DNA of 24,000 bases, from assembly GCF_042665545.1 (NCBI RefSeq), contig NZ_JBHTCM010000010.1, forward strand, positions 323,672-347,671, given 5' to 3'. This DNA is from Rhodocista pekingensis (GTDB taxonomy: Bacteria; Pseudomonadota; Alphaproteobacteria; Azospirillales; Azospirillaceae). The position numbers and the translations under genes are program-made. A model generated the notes under the pieces. It ran no database searches. It saw only the letters and a list, made by a program, of their open reading frames with translations, and was not told the origin of the DNA. Shown piece by piece: positions 15,645 to 21,516 of this stretch (position 1 is the first letter of the stretch; each line of letters starts with the position of its first letter).

Positions 15645-15971
15645 TCAGCCCTTCTTCATGGCGGCGACAGCCGTCAGCGCGGCGATGAGCTCGGCCAGGC
15701 CGTTACCGCTGAAGACTTCGGTGGTGCCGCGGGCACCCGCCGCGACCGGCGTGCTGTAGAGCAGGCTGGTGCCCTGGGTGGTGACGGCGGTGTCGATCAT
15801 CGCCATGGAGCGCTGGCGCGCGACGGCGTTCTGCATCGACAGTCCGATGGACTGGGCCATCACCTGATAGAGGGTCGCCATGGCCTGCGCCGGAGCGGCG
15901 GCCAGAATGGTGACGTTCGCCTGGCTTACGGCATCGGTGATCTGTCCGTTGACGAGGGTTGGGTATGCCAT
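15645..15971 (-). CDS. RebB-family protein, 108 aa
   Basis: MAYPTLVNGQITDAVSQANVTILAAAPAQAMATLYQVMAQSIGLSMQNAVARQRSMAMIDTAVTTQGTSLLYSTPVAAGARGTTEVFSGN... It is a close paralogue of the next two genes. The SD is weak and a 152-bp structured spacer precedes it. Confidence 0.75.
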   Translation of the reverse strand: MAYPTLVNGQITDAVSQANVTILAAAPAQAMATLYQVMAQSIGLSMQNAVARQRSMAMIDTAVTTQGTSLLYSTPVAAGARGTTEVFSGNGLAELIAALTAVAAMKKG

Positions 15972-16123
15972 TATCGTTCACGCCCTGTGTGATGGTTGGC
16001 TTCAGGCCGGCCGACGGCAGTGCAAGTGCCGACGGCCGGCCTTTTCGTGTCCGGACCCGGTCAGCGGATGCCGACCCGGTCCGCGATCAGCCCAGGGACG
16101 GGCGCCCGGCGGGCGCCGACCGA

Positions 16124-16447
16124 TCAGCCGAACGCCTGGACGGTGGACTTGAGCTGCGCGATCAGCTCGGCCAGGGAGTTGCCCGAGAAGATCTCGTTCG
16201 TGCCGCGGGCGCCGGCGGCGACCGGCAGGCTGTAGAGCAGGTTCACGCCCTGGGTCGTCACGGCCGTGTCGATCGTCGACATGTTCTGCTGATTGGCGAC
16301 CGCGTTCTGCATGGACAGACCGACGGTCTGGGCCATGACCTGGTAGACGGACGCGATGGCCTGGGCCGGGGCGTCGCCGAGGACCTTCACGTTGGCCTGG
16401 GTGACGGCGTCGGTGATCTGGCCGTTGACGAGGGTGGGATCAGCCAT
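16124..16447 (-). CDS. RebB-family protein, 107 aa
   Basis: MADPTLVNGQITDAVTQANVKVLGDAPAQAIASVYQVMAQTVGLSMQNAVANQQNMSTIDTAVTTQGVNLLYSLPVAAGARGTNEIFSGN... AGGAG lies 7 nt upstream. Confidence 0.8.
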   Translation of the reverse strand: MADPTLVNGQITDAVTQANVKVLGDAPAQAIASVYQVMAQTVGLSMQNAVANQQNMSTIDTAVTTQGVNLLYSLPVAAGARGTNEIFSGNSLAELIAQLKSTVQAFG

Positions 16448-16608
16448 GGTTCAGCTCCTGTGTGTGCATGGTTGGATGAAGGCTCTCTGAGAGCGGGAGA
16501 GAGAGCCCTTACGCGTGACTGCGTGGAATGACGGTTCCGTCGAGAGGGTCCTTTCGAGAGCCGTCATCCGACACTACCGGCCGACCGGAGGTCTGCCGGG
16601 TTCAGGGA

Positions 16609-16962
16609 TCACGGACCGCGACCGGGGATCGGGGCCGGGACCTTGGTCGCCTGGAGCACGGACTTGAGCTGGGCGAGCATCTCGGCCGTCGCATTGCCCG
16701 AGAAGATCGCGTTCGTGCCGCGGGCACCGGCCGCCACCGGCATGCTGTAGAGCAGGTTCACGGCCTGGGTCGTGACCGCGGTCGTGATCGTGCTCTTGTT
16801 CTGCTGGTTGCTGGTGGCGTTCTGCATCGACAGGCCGGTGGACTGGGCGGCGGCCTGGTACACGCTGGAGAGGGCCTGGGCGGGCGCGTCGCCCAGGACC
16901 TTGACGTTGGCCTGGGTCACCGCATCGGTGATCTGGCCGTTCACGAGGGTGGTGTTTGCCAT
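16609..16962 (-). CDS. RebB-family protein, 117 aa
   Basis: MANTTLVNGQITDAVTQANVKVLGDAPAQALSSVYQAAAQSTGLSMQNATSNQQNKSTITTAVTTQAVNLLYSMPVAAGARGTNAIFSGN... The ATG at 16962 has GGGAG 6 nt upstream (the track starts two codons earlier, at TTG 16968). It shares long near-identical DNA runs with 16124-16447, e.g. gctgtagagcaggttcacg, ttgcccgagaagatc and cgttcgtgccgcgggc. Confidence 0.8.
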   Translation of the reverse strand: MANTTLVNGQITDAVTQANVKVLGDAPAQALSSVYQAAAQSTGLSMQNATSNQQNKSTITTAVTTQAVNLLYSMPVAAGARGTNAIFSGNATAEMLAQLKSVLQATKVPAPIPGRGP

Positions 16963-16994
16963 TCTCAACTCCCTGGAGGTTCAACGCGACCGAC

Positions 16995-17342
16995 TTACCG
17001 CCCCGGAACCTGATCGGTGCGGGTGAGCGACTGGACCATCGAGCGGAGATCGCGGATCGCCGAGACGAGCTCCTGCTGCACCAGCATCGCGTTGACGGCC
17101 CGGGTGTCCGCGGCGGTCGGGATGCTGGCGATCAGGGCCACGCATTGGGAGGTGAGAGCCGTGCCGATCGCATTCATGTGCTGCTGATTGGCGACAGCAT
17201 TCTGCATGGAGAGTGCGAGGGACTGCGCCATCGCCTGGTAGAGTGCCCCCGTCGCGTGCGCAGGTGCTGCCCCTAGGACCTGCACCTGTGCCTGGGTGAC
17301 CGCATCCGTGACCAGACCGTTGGCGAGCGTCGTATCCGCCAT
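16995..17342 (-). CDS. RebB-family protein with a divergent C-terminal half, 115 aa
   Basis: MADTTLANGLVTDAVTQAQVQVLGAAPAHATGALYQAMAQSLALSMQNAVANQQHMNAIGTALTSQ... The C-terminus (RAVNAMLVQQELVSAIRDLRSMVQSL) differs from the other paralogues. Confidence 0.75.
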   Translation of the reverse strand: MADTTLANGLVTDAVTQAQVQVLGAAPAHATGALYQAMAQSLALSMQNAVANQQHMNAIGTALTSQCVALIASIPTAADTRAVNAMLVQQELVSAIRDLRSMVQSLTRTDQVPGR

Positions 17343-17565
17343 GCTTCTTCCGTTCCCTTTGCGTGTCCGCGACCGATCGGGATCGGGTCGCTACGCATCC
17401 GGGAAGACGCGGGCGGAGGGGGTTTGTGAAACGCGGACGTGCGGATGCGGCGCCGGCGGACGGACCGCGGGCGTCGCAGGAGAGACCGGAAAGGATCGGA
17501 CCGATGCCGGACCGCGGGATTCCGGCCGGGGTCACCCCCGGCCGGCTCCCGCTGCGGCCCCCGGG

Positions 17566-18135
17566 CTACTTGCCCAGGGTCGCCAGAAAGGCCTTCAGCG
17601 CGGCTGCGATGGCGATGGCGATCGTCTCGATCGACTGCCCGGCGTTGGACGCGCTGAGCGAAGCCGTCTCGACCGTTCCGACCAGGGCGCTGCCGTTGCC
17701 GAGCGCGGTCGAGACCTGGCTCGTGGCATTGCCCTGGGCGGTCGCCACCTGGCTGGCCGCCGTTCCCTGGGCCGCGGCGACCTGACTGGCGCCGTTGCCC
17801 TGGGCCGCGGTCACCTGGGAGACGCTCTCGCCGACGGCCGAGGAGACCGAGGCGAGCGCCTCGCTGTTGGCGGTGGCGACGGAGTTGATGCCGTTGCCGA
17901 GCGCCGTGGTGAGGCTGGTGACCGCGTTGGTGTTGGCCAGCATCTGGCTGTTGTAGGCCTCCGTCGTCACCAGCGCCGCCTTCTGCGCCAGATTGTTGTT
18001 GTAGGCGGCGTTGAGCATGGCGATGCCGGAGGAGGTCGCGGCGAACTGGTAGACCAGTCCGGACGCGAAGGCTGGAACGTCGGCCAGGTTCTTCAGGTTC
18101 GCCTGGGCGACTGACGTCGTGATGTCGTCAGGCAT
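17566..18135 (-). CDS. divergent RebB-like N-domain fused to 11-residue tandem repeats and a hydrophobic C-terminus, 189 aa
   Basis: The N-terminus DDITTSVAQANLKNLADVPAFASGLVYQFAATSSGIAMLNAAYNNNLAQ parallels ITDAV.QANVK.LG.APA.A...YQ...Q..GL.M.NA. Repeats follow: SQVTAAQGNGA / SQVAAAQGTAA / SQVATAQGNAT / SQVSTALGNGS. The C-terminus is IETIAIAIAAALKAFLATLGK. GGGAGGG lies 6 nt upstream. Confidence 0.7.
   Translation of the reverse strand: MPDDITTSVAQANLKNLADVPAFASGLVYQFAATSSGIAMLNAAYNNNLAQKAALVTTEAYNSQMLANTNAVTSLTTALGNGINSVATANSEALASVSSAVGESVSQVTAAQGNGASQVAAAQGTAASQVATAQGNATSQVSTALGNGSALVGTVETASLSASNAGQSIETIAIAIAAALKAFLATLGK
17689..17820 (-). repeat. four tandem 33-bp repeats encoding the 11-residue SQVxxAQGxxx units
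   Basis: The plus strand shows successive 33-nt units sharing gccctgggc.g..g..acctg(g/a)ct (17689-17820). More degenerate units appear to continue upstream in the protein (ALGNGINSVATANSEALASVSSAVGESV). Confidence 0.8.
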
Positions 18136-18156
18136 GGTCGGCCCTCCCTCGCCGCC

Positions 18157-18552
18157 TCAACCCTGAAGATCGAAGTCGAACTCGACCTTGCCGTTGATCG
18201 GCCTGGAGAAGCGGGCGAGGAAGGCGTTCAGCATCTCGCCGGCGGACGGGCCGGAGCCGCCGCCCCGCTGCTGTCCCGGCTTGCCATCCATGATCATGGT
18301 CACCGCCCGGTCGACCGTGGGCGAACCCATGATGTGGTCGATGGCGCGTGCCGTGACCGCGCTCTGCGCCGTCCAGCTCTGCTGCTGCTGGTTCACCGAG
18401 TTCAGCAGCGCCTGTGACAGCCCCATGCTGTTGGTCAGCATAAGCGTCCCGAGGGCATAAGCCTGGGTGTCGGCCATACCGAAGGATGCCGAAGGGAAGG
18501 TGCTGTTGCTGATGTAGATCGGGCTGGTATCGAATGGGCCGGAGTTGTCCAT
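18157..18552 (-). CDS. distant RebB-like protein with N- and C-terminal extensions, 131 aa; first gene of the array
   Basis: The core ADTQAYALGTLMLTNSMGLSQALLNSVNQQQQSWTAQSAVTARAIDHIMG follows the same A.A...L......GLS....N.V..QQ......AVT pattern. A Gly-rich linker (QQRGGGSGPSAG) and a short C-terminal domain follow. GC3 is host-like and the SD is weak (AGGGAA). Confidence 0.6.
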   Translation of the reverse strand: MDNSGPFDTSPIYISNSTFPSASFGMADTQAYALGTLMLTNSMGLSQALLNSVNQQQQSWTAQSAVTARAIDHIMGSPTVDRAVTMIMDGKPGQQRGGGSGPSAGEMLNAFLARFSRPINGKVEFDFDLQG

Positions 18553-19112
18553 GGCTGTTCCCTAACCTTGAGTTATTTTGGGTATATATTGGCTAGCACG
18601 GCATTTTTGTCTTAACAACATGAAGTAATCGGTGAGTAGATTTCTCATTATTTGCGTTCACAACCTGCGTTTTGACAAACCCGCTCGCATTCTGACACTC
18701 ACACTGTCGATGGCTCTCGTCTTCCCGCCACTTGGCGTTAACCCGTATGGATATTTTGTGGACTCCAGTCGCTCGCCGGCGGATACAATGTCCACAGTTT
18801 GGCGCTCTGATCCGGCGACATTCCCGGCGATAGCGACAAATCAAGGTCGCAGATTCTACCCATGCAGGTTTTTTTTCTCCTGCTGCCCCCCAGGGCAATA
18901 GTGATCCGGACGCCGCGAACCCTCATAAGCCTGCACAGATGCACTTATAGCGCACTAGATCCGTCCTTGTTCTTTGGCGGAGCGTGAAAAACCACACTCT
19001 CTTCACGCTTCACGACTCTCGTTCAAAAACGTCGTTCGGTATGGCAGGTAGCTCTCGCTGCCGTTCGCCTCAAAAGAGATTACGTATGATATTGTCTTGA
19101 CGGGAGGTGCTC
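18553..19112. promoter_or_regulatory. AT-rich divergent control region between the reb array and the ECF sigma gene
   Basis: By my count, G+C is about 33% in 18601-18660 and 52-53% in three other 60-nt lines, against roughly 70% elsewhere. It contains the inverted repeat AGCGTGAA-N13-TTCACGCT (18981-19009), with TTCACG repeated in tandem at 19002-19014. A candidate minus-strand promoter reads TAAGAC-N17-CAATAT (plus 18586-18614). A T8 run sits in the hairpin GCAGG-N10-CCTGC (18864-18883). TATGAT lies at 19085-19090, upstream of the sigma gene. Confidence 0.5.
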
Positions 19113-20051
19113 GTGACTCATCACGCAGCGCGCGGGGGACGACCGCCTCTGGTTTCGACCCTGGATCTGCAATACGGCCGCAACTGTTCCGTCAGAGAGG
19201 AGCCTCTCCGCCCAGGGCTTTACCGAAGCGTCACTTTTCCCCAGATCAGTCGAATCAAGCCTACGCCTTGCCAGAACCATTTTTTGAACATCTGGCAGCA
19301 TAATCGCGCATATCTGCGGGCACTGGCCTATCGCTGGCTGGCCGGCAACACGGCCGACGTCGAGGACGCGCTGTCCGATGTCTTCTGCAAGGCCAGCAGG
19401 GCCTTCGATCAGGCGCAGGTCGGCATCGCCAACGAACGGGCGTGGCTGTCCCGGCTGCTGCACAACACCTGCATGGACGCACATCGGCGGCGGCGCGCCA
19501 CGGAGCAGGTGATCGCCCCCGCCTTCGAGGACAGCGACGAGACGGACGCCGCGGCCGAGCTGGGCGAGACGGCGTCGCCGGAGGACGAGCTGCTGAACCT
19601 GGAGCTGCGCCGCGTGCTGCACGGGGCCCTGGCCGATCTCCCGGAATCGCTGCGCGGCCCGGCCGTGATGCGGCTGGTGGAGGACGAGCCTTATGAGAGG
19701 ATTGCAGCCGCCTACAACATCAGTCTTGCGAATGCACGCAAACGCATCCAACTGGCCCGGGCCGCGCTGCGATCGCAACTGACCGGTTACCTGACCGCCG
19801 GGGAAGCCCCCCGTGCCGCAGCGGATGCCGTCGGCCCTGAGGTGCCCGGCGCCGCCGCTGCCCCCGTCGCGCCGGCCGTGGCGCCGGCCCCCTCGGCCGG
19901 TGCTGCCCTGGCGGCGGCGCGGGCCGCCATGGCCGCTGCCGCGTCGGCCCCGCCTCCCCCGCCGCCTGTCCGGCCGGCGGCGCCGGCACCGGACGGGGCC
20001 GCGGCCCCGCGGCGGCGCGGCGTGCTGACGATCCGCTTCACCATCGCCTGA
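19113..20051 (+). CDS. ECF-type (sigma-70 family group 4) RNA polymerase sigma factor with an Ala/Pro-rich C-terminal extension
   Basis: Region 2 is FLNIWQHNRAYLRALAYRWLAGNTADVEDALSDVFCKASRAF...WLSRLLHNTCMDAHRRR. Region 4 is LADLPESLRGPAVMRLVEDEPYERIAAAYNISLANARKRIQLARAALR. About 90 low-complexity residues follow (AAAPVAPAVAPAPS...APPPPPPVRPAAPAP...RRRGVLTIRFTIA). The GTG at 19113 is 5 nt after GGGAGG (the track starts at GTG 19107). Confidence 0.8.
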   Translation: MTHHAARGGRPPLVSTLDLQYGRNCSVREEPLRPGLYRSVTFPQISRIKPTPCQNHFLNIWQHNRAYLRALAYRWLAGNTADVEDALSDVFCKASRAFDQAQVGIANERAWLSRLLHNTCMDAHRRRRATEQVIAPAFEDSDETDAAAELGETASPEDELLNLELRRVLHGALADLPESLRGPAVMRLVEDEPYERIAAAYNISLANARKRIQLARAALRSQLTGYLTAGEAPRAAADAVGPEVPGAAAAPVAPAVAPAPSAGAALAAARAAMAAAASAPPPPPPVRPAAPAPDGAAAPRRRGVLTIRFTIA

Positions 20052-20078
20052 ACACGGCCCCCGCAGCCGGCGGCGGGG

Positions 20079-20990
20079 TCAGACCGCGACCTCGGCCCGG
20101 ATGTGGGGGTGCGGGTCGTAACCCTCGATGGCGAAATCCTCGAAGCGGTAGTCGAACAGGCTGTCCGGCCGGCGCCGGATGACCAGCCGCGGCAGCGGCC
20201 GCGGCTCGCGGCCGAGCTGCTGGCGCGCCTGGTCGAGATGGTTCAGGTAGAGGTGGACGTCGGCCCCCGTCCAGACCAGCTCGCCCGGCCCCAGGTCGCA
20301 CTGCTGCGCCAGCATGTGGATCAGCAGTGCCGCCTCACAGAGATTCCAGGGCAGGCCCAGCAGGGTGTCGGCGCTGCGCTGGTAGAGGATGCCGGACAGC
20401 CGCCCGTCGGCCACGAAGTACTGATAGGTCATGTGGCAGGGCGGCAGGGCCATGCGCTCCAGCTCGCCCACGTTCCAGCCGGTGAACAGCAGCCGGCGGC
20501 TGGTGGGATTGCCGCGGATGCCGTCCACAAGCTGGGCGATCTGGTCCACCACCCGGCCGTCCGCCGTCTCCCAGGCCCGCCACTGCTTGCCGTAGACGGG
20601 ACCCAGATCGCCCCAGCGGGCGGCGAAGGCGTCGTCCTCCAGCACCCGGCGCTCGAACGTCCCCTGGTCGATCGACTCGCCCGTCTCGCGCCGGTAGCGG
20701 GCCAGCGGCCAGTCGGTCCAGATCCGCACCCCCTTCTCCAGCAGGGGCCGCAGCCGGGTATCGCCGGAAAGGAACCAGAGCAGCTCGTGGATCGCCGCCT
20801 TGTAGAAGATCCGCTTCGTCGTCAGCAGCGGAAAGCCCTGCGCCAGATCGAAACGCATCTGCCGGCCGAACAGGGCCAGCGTGCCCACGCCGGTGCGGTC
20901 CACCCGCCGGGTCCCCCGCTCCAGCAGGTCCCGCAGCAGGTCGAGATACTGGGTTTCGGGGTGCGGCGGGGCGTCGGAAGGAGCGGCCAT
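20079..20990 (-). CDS. thyA: thymidylate synthase (ThyA)
   Basis: Inner ATG at 20990 ([37 protein letters not shown]). The active site is [14 protein letters not shown]...[15 protein letters not shown]. The C-terminus is ...[12 protein letters not shown]. Confidence 0.9.
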   Translation of the reverse strand: MAAPSDAPPHPETQYLDLLRDLLERGTRRVDRTGVGTLALFGRQMRFDLAQGFPLLTTKRIFYKAAIHELLWFLSGDTRLRPLLEKGVRIWTDWPLARYRRETGESIDQGTFERRVLEDDAFAARWGDLGPVYGKQWRAWETADGRVVDQIAQLVDGIRGNPTSRRLLFTGWNVGELERMALPPCHMTYQYFVADGRLSGILYQRSADTLLGLPWNLCEAALLIHMLAQQCDLGPGELVWTGADVHLYLNHLDQARQQLGREPRPLPRLVIRRRPDSLFDYRFEDFAIEGYDPHPHIRAEVAV

Positions 20991-21101
20991 GGGTCGGACC
21001 TCTGGGGTGAAGGCCCCCTTGATACGGTCCCGGAAACGCCAGGGCAACGCATAGCCGCAGCCCCGCTTCCGGGCCTGCGGCGCCCCTGCATGCGCAAGGC
21101 C

Positions 21102-21130
21102 CTTTCGTCCCCGGCGCCGAGTGCCTATAT
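21102..21130 (+). promoter_or_regulatory. candidate promoter for ssrA
   Basis: CTTTCG-N17-CTATAT (21102-21107 / 21125-21130) resembles the alphaproteobacterial CTTGAC-N17-CTATAT consensus as I remember it. Prediction by eye only. Confidence 0.3.
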
Positions 21131-21138
21131 TGGGGTCG

Positions 21139-21470
21139 TCGGGTTCGCCCGACTATGGCGATAAACGCTATGCGGAATAAGCGTTGTGGACCCGGGGGCG
21201 GTACCCGGCGCCTCCACCAATCTCCCCGGGCGGCCTTGCGGCCGGCCGGGACGATGGGGGCGAAACAGGATCGACACGCGTGGTAAAGGCATGGTTTTCG
21301 CTCGGCATGGTTCCGCCGTTACCGGGCCATTTCATAGGTGCCAACGACAACACGGCGCCTGCCCTTCGCATGGCTGCCTGATAGCCCCCTTAAGGGCTGT
21401 TAGCAGTTAGCTGAGGACGGGGTTCGGGGGGCACCCGGCAACAGAAGCCCCCCACTGATTCCAGGTCCCG
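21139..21470 (+). ncRNA. ssrA: tmRNA (ssrA), circularly permuted two-piece alphaproteobacterial type; ends approximate
   Basis: The acceptor piece comes first: T-arm-like CCGGG-GGCGGTA-CCCGG, then GCGCCTCCACCA ending in CCA at 21217-21219. A short intervening segment follows. The coding piece starts with GGGGGCGAAACAGGATCGAC at 21256 (compare the canonical GGGGCUGAUUCUGGAUUCGAC). The 5' GGGGGC pairs with GCCUCC, giving G3:U. The tag frame is GCC AAC GAC AAC ACG GCG CCT GCC CTT CGC ATG GCT GCC TGA TAG (21340-21384), i.e. ANDNTAPALRMAA. Confidence 0.8.
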
Positions 21471-21516
21471 CCCGTCGGCGGGCCGACGAGCGATGGTGAC
21501 GAGGTCCGCGCGCCGC

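Noticed and set aside
13067-18114. Plus-strand ORFs mirroring the island genes. Examples: 13067..14296, 13413..14108, 14680..15417, 15504..15992, 15959..16531, 16528..17013, 17296..18114.
   Set aside because: They are antisense to the collagen-like and Reb genes. Those genes have SD sequences, a conserved paralogue family and sensible composition. The antisense products are poly-Arg/Gly/Trp artefacts; for example, the complement of the proline tract gives RRRRWRRW.
18593-18944. ORFs inside the AT-rich control region: 18593..18898 -, 18632..18901 +, 18738..18944 -.
   Set aside because: They have no SD, mixed low GC3 unlike every credible gene in the window (island genes included), and Cys/Arg-rich or odd compositions. 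This is more likely non-coding regulatory DNA. A very small unannotated peptide or sRNA cannot be excluded.
19800-20051. The Ala/Pro-rich tail of the ECF sigma factor as a separate anti-sigma gene, or a frameshift fusion.
   Set aside because: The reading frame is continuous from region 4 with no internal start or SD. No transmembrane or zinc-binding anti-sigma motif (HxxxCxxC) is present. It is kept as a C-terminal extension, though a sequencing frameshift cannot be excluded from the sequence alone.
21184-21410. Protein-coding ORFs 21184..21381 + and 21186..21410 + (also 21168..21371 -).
   Set aside because: The region is the tmRNA gene. The C-terminal ...ANDNTAPALRMAA of the first ORF is the tmRNA tag reading frame, not the end of a conventional protein.
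21139-21470. ssrA as the integration site of the reb island (tmRNA genes are classic island targets).
   Set aside because: The island lies on the other side of thyA, more than 1 kb from ssrA, and abuts the thyA stop codon. No integrase gene and no duplicated ssrA 3' fragment are visible.
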